DNA of 64,000 nucleotides from Longimicrobiales bacterium (lineage in GTDB: Bacteria > Gemmatimonadota > Gemmatimonadetes > Longimicrobiales > Gaopeijiaceae). Below the pieces are notes generated by a model that was given only the letters and a program-made list of their open reading frames with translations, made no database searches and was not told the DNA's origin. Both the position numbers and the translations under genes were made by a program. The DNA is taken from contig OZ250165.1 in assembly GCA_965238005.1 (NCBI GenBank), forward strand, positions 4,064,001 through 4,128,000. Direction: 5' to 3'. Shown here one piece after another: positions 19,497 to 29,943 of the stretch (position 1 is its first letter; the number at the start of each line of letters is the position of its first letter).

Positions 19497-20882
19497 GTGG
19501 CCATGAGTATACCAGAGACTACGGCATCGGGTTCGCGGGAGTCGTGGGGGAGCCGCTTCGGCTTCATCATGGCGACCGCGGGCTTCGCGGTGGGGCTCGG
19601 CAACATCTGGCGATTCCCATACGTGACTGGGAGCAACGGAGGAGGCGCCTTTCTCCTGGTCTACGTGGCGTTCAGCATCCTCATCGGGATCCCCCTGCTC
19701 ACCGCCGAGATCGGCCTGGGGCGAAAGGTGCGGCTCACGTCGCTGGCGGGCATGACGCGAGCCACGGGGAGCTCCATCCACCCGTGGAACGTGATCGGGT
19801 GGATGGGCACCGCCACCGCCATCATCATCATGGGCTACTACCTCATGCTCCTGGGGTGGATCGCCGGGTACCTGGTCATGGCGATCTCCGGTGAGCTCGG
19901 GACCCCCCCCGAAGGAGATTACGCACGACTCTACGACGGCTTCGTCTCCCGACCCGGGGTCGTACTGGCCTACACCGGCGCGGTCGCCACCGGGATGTGC
20001 GTCATCGTGTTGATGGGGGTGCGCAAGGGCGTGGAGCGTCTCGCCCAGATCGGCATGCCCCTGTTCTTCGTGATCCTGCTGGCGCTTGCCATCCGCTCTC
20101 TGACGTTCCCGGGGGCCGGCGCAGGGCTGACCTGGTATCTCCGCCCCGACTTCTCGGCTCTCGACGGCGAGGCGGTCCTCATCGCCCTGGGCCAATCCTT
20201 CTACTCCATCGGGATCGGGATGGCTGCAGCGTTCGGCTTCGGGAGCTACCTGCACCCCACCGAGAGCGACGTCCCCGGCAGCGCGGCCATCGTCGTAGCC
20301 TTCGACACCGCGGTGGCGTTCATCGCCGGCCTGGTGATTTTCCCCGCGTTGTTCGCGTTCGGGTTGGAGCCGGACGCCGGGCCTGGGCTCCTCTTCGTTA
20401 CCATGGCCAACCTCTTCGCCCGCATGCCAGCCGGACAGCTCTTCAGCATCGCGTTCTTCCTGCTGCTGCTCCTGGCAGGGGTGACGTCGGCGGTAGCTCA
20501 GCTCGAGGTACTGGTCGCCACCTTGGGCGACTCCTGGGGAGTCGGACGGAAGAAGGGCGTGATCATCACCGGCGGCGCGCTCATACTGCTCAATGTCCCG
20601 GTGGTGCTCTCGCAAGGGTCCTGGTCCGAGGTACGGATCTTCGGAATGGATCTCTTCGTTCTCACGGACTATGTCGCGGGGAGCGTGGTCTTGCCTATCG
20701 GCGCATTGGCTCTGGTTCTCTATGTGGCTGTGTCCTGGGGATGGGAGGGATTTCGCGACGACCTGAACCAGGGGGCGGTGCGGGTCAAGGTAGCCTCCAG
20801 CTGGAAGCCCTTCGTCATGGTCCTCATCCCCGTCGCAGTGGTGATGATCCTACTGGTGGGCCTGGGGTTGATCGGTTCCTAG
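19497..20882 (+). CDS. Sodium-dependent transporter (NSS/SNF family)
   Basis: RESWGSRFGF, AVGLGNIWRFPY, NGGGAF, GPGLLF. Confidence 0.95.
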   Translation: MAMSIPETTASGSRESWGSRFGFIMATAGFAVGLGNIWRFPYVTGSNGGGAFLLVYVAFSILIGIPLLTAEIGLGRKVRLTSLAGMTRATGSSIHPWNVIGWMGTATAIIIMGYYLMLLGWIAGYLVMAISGELGTPPEGDYARLYDGFVSRPGVVLAYTGAVATGMCVIVLMGVRKGVERLAQIGMPLFFVILLALAIRSLTFPGAGAGLTWYLRPDFSALDGEAVLIALGQSFYSIGIGMAAAFGFGSYLHPTESDVPGSAAIVVAFDTAVAFIAGLVIFPALFAFGLEPDAGPGLLFVTMANLFARMPAGQLFSIAFFLLLLLAGVTSAVAQLEVLVATLGDSWGVGRKKGVIITGGALILLNVPVVLSQGSWSEVRIFGMDLFVLTDYVAGSVVLPIGALALVLYVAVSWGWEGFRDDLNQGAVRVKVASSWKPFVMVLIPVAVVMILLVGLGLIGS

Positions 20883-20963
20883 TGCAAGGCGCTTGCGACC
20901 CCCTCCCCCTTTGGACAAGTTCGTTCCTCGCCGGGTCCGCACCCGACAGCCGTGAGTTGAGCC

Positions 20964-21785
20964 ATGACTGACACCAGGCCGAACGTCCCGAGGGGCCTTC
21001 GTCCCAACCTGCCCAAGCGTCCCGCCGTCGAAGGAGACGCATGGGAGCAGATCCAAGCCGCTCAGGAGAAGATGAAGCAGCGGGAATATGTGCGTTTCTC
21101 CGTGTTCCGAGTCGACCCCGCCTGGCGCCGGCTTCCCAAGGAGGAGCGTGAGCGGCACAAAGACGAGTTCGAAGCCGCCGTCGCCGATCGGGGCAGCAAG
21201 ATGATGATCTACTCGTACGCCCTGATCGGGACCCGGGGCGACGCCGACTTCCTCCTCTGGCAGGCGTGCCGCGAGCTGGATCAACTCCAAGACCTGGCGG
21301 CGGCTCTCAATCACACCGCCCTCGGGGGATTTCTGTCGCTTCCTTATTCTTACTTCGCCATGACCAAGCGGTCCATCTACCTGAACCGCTACGAGGACGA
21401 GTACATCGCGGCCTACGGAGGTGCAGACGTCGTCGACAGGTCGCGCGTCGCCATCAACCCGCAGGGATCGGAGTACCTGTTCGTCTATCCCATGGCCAAG
21501 ACGCGGGAGTGGTACAAGCTCCCTCACGAGGATCGCCAGCGTATGATGGACGAGCACATCCGTGTCGGCCATCAATGGCCCGACGTGAAGCTGAACACGA
21601 GCTACTCGTACGGGCTGGACGACCAGGAATTCGTGGTCGCCTTCGAGGCGGATCACCCGGGGCGCTTCCTCGACCTGCTCATGGCCCTACGCCTGACCGA
21701 AGCGTCGGCGTACACGCTCTTCGACGTGCCCGCGTTCACGGGCCTGGCCAGGTCCATGAGGGACACCCTGGATTCCCTGGGATGA
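20964..21785 (+). CDS. hemQ: Chlorite dismutase superfamily protein, likely coproheme decarboxylase
   Basis: FVYPMAK..WY.LP.EDRQRMMDEH, GLDDQEFVVAFE; upstream of heme O synthase. Confidence 0.8.
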   Translation: MTDTRPNVPRGLRPNLPKRPAVEGDAWEQIQAAQEKMKQREYVRFSVFRVDPAWRRLPKEERERHKDEFEAAVADRGSKMMIYSYALIGTRGDADFLLWQACRELDQLQDLAAALNHTALGGFLSLPYSYFAMTKRSIYLNRYEDEYIAAYGGADVVDRSRVAINPQGSEYLFVYPMAKTREWYKLPHEDRQRMMDEHIRVGHQWPDVKLNTSYSYGLDDQEFVVAFEADHPGRFLDLLMALRLTEASAYTLFDVPAFTGLARSMRDTLDSLG

Positions 21786-21789
21786 GACG

Positions 21790-21957
21790 CTAGTGTTCCG
21801 TTTCCGAATTTCACGAGCCACCAGGAGGGCCGGGGCGCCGTGGGATCAAGGCGGGACGACGCGGCGTAGCGCAGGCTACGGTAGGGAGTCCCAACGCAGA
21901 GCCCACGGATGCGCCGTGCCCTCGACTGGCCGAGATACTTTGGCAACCGGACACTAG
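21790..21957. mobile_element. MITE-like non-autonomous repeat, copy 1 (168 bp including both CTAG)
   Basis: CTAGTGTTCCGTTTCCGAA...TTTGGCAACCGGACACTAG imperfect inverted ends; homologous to 51481..51667. Confidence 0.8.
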
Positions 21958-21989
21958 TCCGTGGGACCCCACCCACCCCAGAGCTTTCA

Positions 21990-22889
21990 ATGACCGAGGC
22001 GGTTGAGGAGCAGGCAGCAGGGAAAGCTGCGGGCAAGCTCAGATCTCTCTATGAGCTGACCAAGCCCGGAATCGCCGGATACGTCATGATCACCGCCGGC
22101 GTGAGCTACTACGTCGCGGCTCGAGGCCAGGCCGACTTTCTGCCCGTCACTCATACACTGGTAGGAGTGGCCCTCGGGACCGCCGGGGCCCTGGCACTCA
22201 ACCAGTACGTGGAGCGGGACGTGGACGCGGTCATGAAGCGGACCCAGACGCGCCCCCTCCCCTCCGGGCGCCTCCGACCCGGCGAGGCACTGGCGTTCGG
22301 CTGGGGGCTATTGGTGGTGGGGCTGGTCTACCTGGGCGTCACCGTGGGCTGGCTCCCGTCCGTTCTCACGGCCGCGGCGGCGGCAGCGTACATCCTGGCG
22401 TACACGCCCCTCAAGACGCGCTCCTATCTAGCCACTCTGGTGGGTGCCGTCCCGGGTGCCTTCCCGGCTCTGATCGGGTGGAGCGCCGCCGTCGGCACCA
22501 TGGAGTTCGGGGGCGTGGTGCTCTTCTGTATCGCTTTCCTATGGCAGCTCCCCCACGTTTTGGCTCTCGCCTGGCTCCTTCGTGAGGACTATGCCCGGGT
22601 GGGCTTCTTCCTCAGCCCTCCCACCGATCCGGAGGGTGTCCGCATCGGCAAGCATATGGTGTACCACTCCGTCTCCCTCCTGCTGATCAGTGCCCTGCCC
22701 ACCTTCCTGGGGCTGACCGGCAGAATCTATCTGACAGGGGCCATCCTCCTGGGGCTCATCACGCTGGCGTTCTCACTGGCAGCCGCAGCCGAGATGTCAC
22801 GCACACGAGCTCGCAAGGTCTTCCTCTGGTCTCTCATCTATCAGCCGGCCCTTCTGGTGCTGCTTCTGATCGACACCGTCCGCATCTGA
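21990..22889 (+). CDS. ctaB: Protoheme IX farnesyltransferase (heme O synthase)
   Basis: LTKP, NQYVERDVDAVMKRTQTRPLPSG, YTPLK, WQLPH. Confidence 0.95.
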   Translation: MTEAVEEQAAGKAAGKLRSLYELTKPGIAGYVMITAGVSYYVAARGQADFLPVTHTLVGVALGTAGALALNQYVERDVDAVMKRTQTRPLPSGRLRPGEALAFGWGLLVVGLVYLGVTVGWLPSVLTAAAAAAYILAYTPLKTRSYLATLVGAVPGAFPALIGWSAAVGTMEFGGVVLFCIAFLWQLPHVLALAWLLREDYARVGFFLSPPTDPEGVRIGKHMVYHSVSLLLISALPTFLGLTGRIYLTGAILLGLITLAFSLAAAAEMSRTRARKVFLWSLIYQPALLVLLLIDTVRI

Positions 22890-22913
22890 TACCGCCGCAT
22901 ATGGAGCTCCGTC

Positions 22914-24116
22914 ATGATCATTGAAAGAACAATCGTCGTCACCGCACTTTCCTTTTTCGCTCTAGCGCCTGACGCCGTGAGCCAGGACGGCGACCGACCC
23001 CGCGCTCGAGATCTCGGCATGACCGTGGGCGTCTTCTCCCCCGGGCCGCTGAACGCCATCACCGACGTGGCGGGCGTCCTGGTGGGCCAGGTCACGGTGA
23101 CTGAGGGCCACCGGGTCAACACCGGGGTGACGGCCATTCGCCCCCACGGGGGCAGCCTGTATCACGATCGCGTTCCGGCCGCCATGTATGTCGGCAACGG
23201 CTTCGGGAAGCTCCTGGGAGTAACCCAGGTCCGGGAGCTGGGTGAGCTGGAGACGCCCATCCTCCTCACCTGCACGCTCTGTGTATGGAAGGCCGCCGAC
23301 GCCATGGTGGAGTGGGCGCTCGAGCAGCCTGGCATGGAGCGCGTACGGTCGCTGAACGCCGTGGTGGGCGAGACCAACGACGGGGGGCTGAACGACATCC
23401 GGAACCGTCCCATCACCCCGGCCCACGTTCGGGAGGCCATCGAGTCCGCCAGCGGTGGTCCCGTGGAAGAGGGGTCCGTGGGCGCGGGCCGGGGAACACG
23501 AGCATTCGGCTGGAAGGGAGGGATTGGCACCAGCAGCCGCGTCCTACCGGAGAGCCTCGGCGGCTTCACTGTGGGAGTGCTGGTCCAGTCTAACTTCGGT
23601 GGGATCCTCACCATGGCCGGCGCTCCGGTGGGACAGGAGCTGGGACGCTATTCCTTCCGCGGAGCCGTCGAAGGTGGCGCCCGGGATCAGGGGCCCGAAG
23701 CCGACGATGCCGGCGGATGGAACGATGCCGACGAGGGTCAGGGGTCCATCATGATAGTAGTGGCCACCGACGCTCCCCTGTCTCCCCTCAAGCTCGAGCG
23801 CCTGGCCAAGCGAGCGATCATGGGCCTAGCCCGCACCGGCTCCTTCGCCGGAAACGGATCGGGCGACTACGTCATCGCGTTCTCGACGGCCCAAGGGGTG
23901 AGGCGCGAGCCCGGCGAGGAGTGGACGGAGTCCGTCGAAGTGCCGAACGACCGGATCTCGGCCCTGTTCGAGGGGGCGGCCGAGGCCACCCAGGAAGCGA
24001 TCTACAACTCGCTGTTGAAGGCGACCACGGTCTCGGGCATGGGTCGTGCCGCGGACGCCATCGATGTCGATGAGGTGGTGCGGGTCCTCAGGGAGTACAA
24101 CGTCATACGCCCCTGA
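22914..24116 (+). CDS. dmpA: P1/S58 family aminopeptidase (DmpA-like), secreted
   Basis: GPLNAITDVAGV, GETNDG, GS autocleavage site (QGSIMIVVATDAPL), GSGD. Confidence 0.9.
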   Translation: MIIERTIVVTALSFFALAPDAVSQDGDRPRARDLGMTVGVFSPGPLNAITDVAGVLVGQVTVTEGHRVNTGVTAIRPHGGSLYHDRVPAAMYVGNGFGKLLGVTQVRELGELETPILLTCTLCVWKAADAMVEWALEQPGMERVRSLNAVVGETNDGGLNDIRNRPITPAHVREAIESASGGPVEEGSVGAGRGTRAFGWKGGIGTSSRVLPESLGGFTVGVLVQSNFGGILTMAGAPVGQELGRYSFRGAVEGGARDQGPEADDAGGWNDADEGQGSIMIVVATDAPLSPLKLERLAKRAIMGLARTGSFAGNGSGDYVIAFSTAQGVRREPGEEWTESVEVPNDRISALFEGAAEATQEAIYNSLLKATTVSGMGRAADAIDVDEVVRVLREYNVIRP

Positions 24117-24128
24117 CGGTGCTCCGGG

Positions 24129-25733
24129 TCAGTCGCCCAGGAATACGGCCTGGGCGTCGAAGATCTCGTCCTCTTCGCGCAGGGCCGCGAGGATGCTCGA
24201 TCCCACCTTGCCGTCCACGGTGATCGCGGCCAGGGCCTCACCACCCTCGCTCTGACGGGCCTGCATGTACTCCGCGATATTCAGACCGTGGGTCCCGAAC
24301 AGCGTGCCTACCTTCCCGATGACGCCGGGAACGTCATTGTTCCGAAGCACGACCAGGCATCCCTCCGGCTTTACGCTCAGCCGGAACTCGTCTATCTGGA
24401 CGATGCGCGGATGTAGTTGCTCACCGAGGAGAGCGCCACAGACGCGGACCCTCTGCCGCTCGTTCTCCAGCACGACCTCCAAGAACTCCGAGTATTCCTG
24501 ACGCTCGCCCAGGAGCCTCGTTCCGATCGCGATGTTCCTCGACTCCGCCAGGTGCAGGGCGTTCACGTAGTTGACGTTGCGCCTCCCCACGACCGGTGTG
24601 AGCATGCCCGTCATCACGGCGGCGGATAGCGGATGGAGAATCTCGTCCGTCTCTGCGGCCAGACCGATGTCGACACGCCGCATCCCCCCCCATCCCAGCA
24701 CGCCGGCCACCCGCCCGATCTTCCGGGCGAGATCGAGAAGGGGCCGGAGCACCTTGAGCTCAGCTCCCCCGATGGCCGGCGCATTGACGGCCCGGGAAAG
24801 ATCTCCATCGAGGAGCGCCGCGCGCACGCCCTCGGCGATCTCGGAGGCGACCGACTCCTGGGCCTCCACCGTGGAGGCACCGAGGTGGGGCGTGAGAACC
24901 AGGTTGGGGGCACCCCGCAAGGGACTGTCCTCAGGCAGGGGCTCCGTGTCGTAGACGTCGAGGGCCGCCCCGGCGATCTCTCCGGCCTCCAGGGCCGCCA
25001 CCAGGGCGTCCTCATCCACCACGCCTCCCCGGGCCGCATTGATCAGGATGGCCGTCGGCTTCATGGACTGCAGCTCCTTCCGACCGATCATGCCCTCGGT
25101 AATGGGCGTCATGGGCACGTGCAGGGAGACCACGTCCCCCTGGGCCAGGGCGCCGGCCAGCTCGACGCGCTCCACCTCCAGCTCCTTGGCCCGCTCCTCC
25201 GTGAGGTAGGGGTCGTTGGCGATGGTCCGCATGCCGAACGCCTGGGCCCGATGGGCCACCTCGGCCCCGATGCGACCCGCCCCCACGAGCGACAGGGTCT
25301 TGCCGCGAAGCTCCATCCCGGCGAAGCGTGAGCGGGCCCACTCGCCGCTCCTCACCGAGTTGTTGGCCGCCGACACCTTCCGCGCCACCGCCAGCGTTAG
25401 CGCCATGACCAGCTCGGCGGCGGACACGGTGTTGCCCTCCGGAGCGTTGATCACCGGAATGCCGTGCTCGGTGGCCACCTCGACGTCGATGTTGTCCACA
25501 CCGACCCCGGCACGTCCCACCACCCGAAGGTTCGGTGAGACCTCCAGGAGCTCACGGGTGACCTTGGTTGCGCTCCGCACGATGAGGCCGTGTGCCATGG
25601 CCATGGCCTCGTACAGCCGCTCGGTGTCCCACCCGTTGGCCATAAGGACCTCGAAACGAGGATCTCCCGTCAGGGGCTCGAGGCCCGAGGCGGAGATCTC
25701 GTCCGCCACGACAACCACGAACTTCTCGCTCAT
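24129..25733 (-). CDS. serA: D-3-phosphoglycerate dehydrogenase
   Basis: GRAGVGVDNID, GAGRIG, TPHLGAST.EAQ, C-terminal ACT domain. Confidence 0.95.
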   Translation of the reverse strand: MSEKFVVVVADEISASGLEPLTGDPRFEVLMANGWDTERLYEAMAMAHGLIVRSATKVTRELLEVSPNLRVVGRAGVGVDNIDVEVATEHGIPVINAPEGNTVSAAELVMALTLAVARKVSAANNSVRSGEWARSRFAGMELRGKTLSLVGAGRIGAEVAHRAQAFGMRTIANDPYLTEERAKELEVERVELAGALAQGDVVSLHVPMTPITEGMIGRKELQSMKPTAILINAARGGVVDEDALVAALEAGEIAGAALDVYDTEPLPEDSPLRGAPNLVLTPHLGASTVEAQESVASEIAEGVRAALLDGDLSRAVNAPAIGGAELKVLRPLLDLARKIGRVAGVLGWGGMRRVDIGLAAETDEILHPLSAAVMTGMLTPVVGRRNVNYVNALHLAESRNIAIGTRLLGERQEYSEFLEVVLENERQRVRVCGALLGEQLHPRIVQIDEFRLSVKPEGCLVVLRNNDVPGVIGKVGTLFGTHGLNIAEYMQARQSEGGEALAAITVDGKVGSSILAALREEDEIFDAQAVFLGD

Positions 25734-26857
25734 GTGAGCACCTCCTCCAGCGCCTCCAGGACGACCTCGAGCTCCGCCAGCGTGTGATCGCCCATGTGTC
25801 CGATCCTGAAAGTGGTGCCCTTCAGCTTGCCGTATCCCCCTCCGATCACGAAGCCCCGCTCCTTCATGGCGGAGACCACTGAGGGTCCCTCGACTCCGTC
25901 GGGCAGCACCACGCACGTCACCGTCGGCGATCGCTCATCCTCGGCCGCCAGGATGGAAAGACCCACCCCGTGCTCGTCTCGCATGGAGTCCACCCACTGC
26001 GCGCAGCGCTCCGCCATCGTACGGTGACGGGCCCACCGACTTACCATCCCCTCTGACTCGATACGACAGAGCTGCATCGCCAACGCGTATAAGAGCGACA
26101 CGGCCGGTGTGTTCGGCGTGTGGAGGTTGTCGAGCTGCTTCGCAAAAATCTCCAGATCGAAGTAGACGCCCTTTCTCGGGGCTTCAGCGGATCGGGCCAT
26201 GAGCCGCTCCGATGCCACGCCGAAAGCGAGCCCCGGCGGCAGAGCCAGCGCCTTCTGGGATCCCGTCAACACGAAGTCCAGCTCCCACTCGTCCGTTTGG
26301 ACCTCCACCCCTCCCACACCCGTCACCGAGTCCACGAGGAGTACCACGTCGTCAACTTCGCGGACAGCTTCCGAGATCTCGGCAAGGGGGTTCAGAGCGC
26401 CGGTAGAGGTCTCCGAGTGGACGACCGTCACCGCGTCGAAGCCGCCCTCTGCCAGCCGCACCCGGACCGAATCGGGGGAGACGGTCTGGCCCCACTCCAC
26501 CTCCAGTGTATCGACCTCGAACCCGCACGCTCTGGCGATGTCGGCGAAGCGCTTGCTGAACGCTCCGTTGACCAGGCTCAGCACACGTGACCGCACCCCG
26601 TTTCGTGCGGCGGCCTCCATGAGACCGGTGGCCGAGGAGGTGGACACCAAAACGGGTCTCGTCGTGCGGAAGACCTTCTTGAGGCCACCCTGCAGCTCGC
26701 CCATCAGCTCCCTGAAGGCCGGGCCCCGGTGGCCGATGATGGCTTGCACCTGGGCGAGGAGCACTTCGGGGCGGACTTCGGTAGGGCCGGGAAGAAAGAA
26801 CCGGCCGAAAGGTGGCACGTCCTCGGAAGACGACGGCTCCACTTCGTATCTCCTCAC
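25730..26857 (-). CDS. Class V aminotransferase (serine-pyruvate/phosphoserine type)
   Basis: PGPT, HSETSTG, GSQKALALPPG, FRIGHMG; coupled to serA. Confidence 0.92.
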   Translation of the reverse strand: MRRYEVEPSSSEDVPPFGRFFLPGPTEVRPEVLLAQVQAIIGHRGPAFRELMGELQGGLKKVFRTTRPVLVSTSSATGLMEAAARNGVRSRVLSLVNGAFSKRFADIARACGFEVDTLEVEWGQTVSPDSVRVRLAEGGFDAVTVVHSETSTGALNPLAEISEAVREVDDVVLLVDSVTGVGGVEVQTDEWELDFVLTGSQKALALPPGLAFGVASERLMARSAEAPRKGVYFDLEIFAKQLDNLHTPNTPAVSLLYALAMQLCRIESEGMVSRWARHRTMAERCAQWVDSMRDEHGVGLSILAAEDERSPTVTCVVLPDGVEGPSVVSAMKERGFVIGGGYGKLKGTTFRIGHMGDHTLAELEVVLEALEEVLT

Positions 26858-26971
26858 AACGTGTATCGAGCGTGGCGCTGCCGAGCGGGTCGCGGGTCCG
26901 GCTCGCAGCCGTCCCGCCGAGTAGGACCGCGCAAGATAACCCGCATGGCGAGACCGGAAAGACCCATGGGC

Positions 26972-27478
26972 TCAACGCCAGGATTGCTCCCATCGGGTGT
27001 AGTGAACCGTGGTGACCCCGCCACGGGCCAGAACCTCCAGACCCGCCGGATCACGGTAGGCCTCCCGGTAGAACACGTAAGCGACGTTCGCCTGGATCAT
27101 GAGCTTGGCGCAGGCTGCGCAGGGACTGGCGGTCACGAAGGCGACTTTGCCCCGCATGGCGCCCGGGGACTTCACCAGGGCGTTCTGCTCGGAATGGATG
27201 CAGCCACAGCTCCCGGGCGCCGGGCTGTCGCATCGATTCGGAAATCCCCTGGCGTTCCCGTTGTACCCGATGGCCACTACGTTCTCGAGGTGCTCGTCGG
27301 TGACCACGGTCCCGACCTGAAGCCTGGCGCAGGTGCTCCGCTTGGCGAGCTCCTCGGCCATGCGCATGTAGACCTCATACAACGGAGGGCGGGTGACGAA
27401 CGACTCGTCGACCGGCTCGGTGCCGACGTTCAGCGGATGGGTGTTCTCGGGAACGAGGTCTCTATGAAGAGTGGGCAT
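26972..27478 (-). CDS. dCMP deaminase (ComEB-like)
   Basis: RSTC.R.QVG, GYNG, HSEQNA, SPCAAC. Confidence 0.88.
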   Translation of the reverse strand: MPTLHRDLVPENTHPLNVGTEPVDESFVTRPPLYEVYMRMAEELAKRSTCARLQVGTVVTDEHLENVVAIGYNGNARGFPNRCDSPAPGSCGCIHSEQNALVKSPGAMRGKVAFVTASPCAACAKLMIQANVAYVFYREAYRDPAGLEVLARGGVTTVHYTRWEQSWR

Positions 27479-27484
27479 CTGCCC

Positions 27485-28009
27485 TCAAGCGGCGGGATCC
27501 ATCAAGTTGAGAAGCTCTCTGAGCATGGTCCGTCCCTGGTCCTTGGTATAATAACGCCGGACCCGCTTGTAGCGCTCGGCCGAGTGCATGGAGAGACCCT
27601 CTTCGACGACCCACTCCTGTAAGGGTCCCGGCCGCGGGCCCCACCAGCCTCGCTCGACGAAGTCCTCGTCCAACAACAGCACCACCGGAATGGACCGGCT
27701 CTTCCCGTCGGTCAGGTGAGCATCCATCAGGTCCGGGTTCCGGTCGCGTGAGAGGACTCGAAGGCCGAGACCCGGTGCCTCCTCCGCCAGGCGGGCCAGG
27801 ACCGGGAGCAGGTTCACGGCGTCGCCGCACCAGTCTTCGGACAGGACCAGGAGATGCCACGTTCCGGGTATCCTACGGGCCTCTTCCAGGATCTCCGGTG
27901 AGATCGATACCCGCTCGTAGATCCCGTGCCAGAGCTCCTTGTTCTCTTCCACTGATTCCAGGTACTTACGGAAGTCCGTGGCCGCCAGGTAACGCTCTTT
28001 CATATTCAT
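27485..28009 (-). CDS. Thioredoxin-family protein (WCGD type)
   Basis: EDWCGDA, SRSIP, WGPRP. Confidence 0.85.
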   Translation of the reverse strand: MNMKERYLAATDFRKYLESVEENKELWHGIYERVSISPEILEEARRIPGTWHLLVLSEDWCGDAVNLLPVLARLAEEAPGLGLRVLSRDRNPDLMDAHLTDGKSRSIPVVLLLDEDFVERGWWGPRPGPLQEWVVEEGLSMHSAERYKRVRRYYTKDQGRTMLRELLNLMDPAA

Positions 28010-28113
28010 TCACTGCCATTCCGCAGGTCTCTGCACGATACAGGTCGAGTAGGACGTCACAGTACTACTCCAACCAGAATCGACGACCCTTATTCCGGGT
28101 TCCACTCGGGGCG

Positions 28114-29943
28114 TCAGGCTTTCTTGCGCGCCGCCCTCTTACGCGCGTGCGGGTCCAGGTGCCGCTTGCGCAGCCGGATGCTGTCCGGGGTGATCTCTAT
28201 GAGCTCGTCGTCCTCGATGAACTCCAGGGCGAGCTCCAACGTGACCTCCCGGGGAGGCTCCAACTTGATGTGCTCGTCCGAGGCCGTCGTACGTATGTTA
28301 GTGAGCTTTTTCCCCTTGCAGACATTGACGTCCAGGTCACCGGGGCGCACGTGCTCACCGACGATCATGCCGCCATAGACAGCTTCGCCGGGCCCGACGA
28401 ACATGGTGGCCCGCTCCTGCAGGTTGAACAGCGCGTAGCCCACCGACGCCCCTTCACGGTCCGCCACCAGCACGCCTCGCTTGCGGCTGGCCAGGGAGCC
28501 GGCGTGGGGACCGTACTCGAGAAACCGGTGGTGGAGCGTCCCCTCTCCCCGCGTGTCGGTGAGAAACTCGGATCGATAGCCGAAAAGACCTCTGGCCGGC
28601 ACCCGAAAGTGCAGACGAACGGGCCCCCGGTCGGTGGGCTTCATCTCGATCATCTCGGCTCGACGCGGCCCCATCTTCTCCATGACCGGCCCGATGAACT
28701 CCTCGGGGACCTCTATGACCGCCTCCTCGAACGGCTCCATCAGGCCCTCGGGGCCCTGCTTCTCGATAACCCGTGGCCGGGACACCTGGAACTCGTAGCC
28801 CTCGCGACGCATGGTCTCCATGAGGATGGCCAGGTGCAGCTCGCCCCGACCCGACACGGCGAAGGTGTCGGGCACGTCGGTCTCCTCCACCCTGAGCGCG
28901 ACGTTTCGCTCCAGCTCCTTCATGAGGCGATCGCGGACCTGCCGCGTGGTCACGAACTTCCCCACGCGTCCCGCAAACGGCGAGTTGTTCACCGTGAAGT
29001 CGACGGATAGGGTGGGCTCCTCCACGACGATCCCTTGGAGCCGCTCCCGAGTCTCCGGATCGGTGATGGTCGTGCCGATCTCCACTCCCTCCAGTCCCGC
29101 CACCGCCACGATCTCACCGGCCATCGCCTCCTCGATCTCGACGCGCTCGAGTCCCTCGAAGCCGTAGAGCTGGGTGACCCGACCCGGCATCACGTCCTCT
29201 GCGGCCACCGGTCCCGGCTCACCGAGCGGGAGGAGCGTCACCGAGTCGCCGACGCGCACACTGCCCCGCTCGACCCGACCGATCCCGATGCGCCCCACAT
29301 AGCTCGAGTAGTCCAGCGTGGAGAGGAGCATCTGCAACGGTCCGTCGGGATCGACGAGGGGCGGCGGAATGTGCTCGGCGATCGTCTCGAACAGGAGGTT
29401 CAGGTCACCACCGGAGCCATGGGGATCCGTGCTCGCCCATCCGTCCCGGCCCACCGTGTAGAGGAAGGGCGCGTCGAGCTGGGCGTCGGACGCCTCCAGA
29501 TTCATGAACAGCTCGAGGACGTCGTCGTGGACCTCCTCGGACCGGGCGTCGGCTCGATCCACCTTGTTGATGAGGACGATGGGCTGGAGGCCGAGCTCGA
29601 GAGCGTTTCTCGTCACGAACCTCGTCTGCGGCATCGGCCCCTCAGCCGCATCGACGAGGAGGAGCACTCCGTCGACCATGCGCAAGATCCGCTCTACCTC
29701 TCCGCCGAAGTCGGCGTGGCCGGGCGTATCCACGATGTTCAGCTTCATGTCGCCCCAGCGCACCGACGTGTTCTTGGCGAGGATCGTGATGCCCCGTTCC
29801 CGCTCCAAGGGGTTGGAGTCGAGTACGCGCTCCTCCACGACCTGGTTGTCGCGAAATACACCCGCCTGGCGAAGCATCTGATCGACCAACGTAGTCTTGC
29901 CGTGATCCACATGGGCGATGATGGCGATGTTCCTGATGTTCAT
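28114..29943 (-). CDS. typA: Translational GTPase TypA/BipA
   Basis: AHVDHGKT, DTPGHADFGGEVER, KKLTN.R, C-terminal IRLRK. Confidence 0.98.
   Translation of the reverse strand: MNIRNIAIIAHVDHGKTTLVDQMLRQAGVFRDNQVVEERVLDSNPLERERGITILAKNTSVRWGDMKLNIVDTPGHADFGGEVERILRMVDGVLLLVDAAEGPMPQTRFVTRNALELGLQPIVLINKVDRADARSEEVHDDVLELFMNLEASDAQLDAPFLYTVGRDGWASTDPHGSGGDLNLLFETIAEHIPPPLVDPDGPLQMLLSTLDYSSYVGRIGIGRVERGSVRVGDSVTLLPLGEPGPVAAEDVMPGRVTQLYGFEGLERVEIEEAMAGEIVAVAGLEGVEIGTTITDPETRERLQGIVVEEPTLSVDFTVNNSPFAGRVGKFVTTRQVRDRLMKELERNVALRVEETDVPDTFAVSGRGELHLAILMETMRREGYEFQVSRPRVIEKQGPEGLMEPFEEAVIEVPEEFIGPVMEKMGPRRAEMIEMKPTDRGPVRLHFRVPARGLFGYRSEFLTDTRGEGTLHHRFLEYGPHAGSLASRKRGVLVADREGASVGYALFNLQERATMFVGPGEAVYGGMIVGEHVRPGDLDVNVCKGKKLTNIRTTASDEHIKLEPPREVTLELALEFIEDDELIEITPDSIRLRKRHLDPHARKRAARKKA

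Noticed and set aside
21909..21989. N-terminal extension of ctaB
   Set aside because: Derived from the MITE-like repeat; the likely start is 21990
26972..27478. Anti-phage dCTP deaminase
   Set aside because: Short single-domain ComEB-like protein in a housekeeping context with no kinase domain
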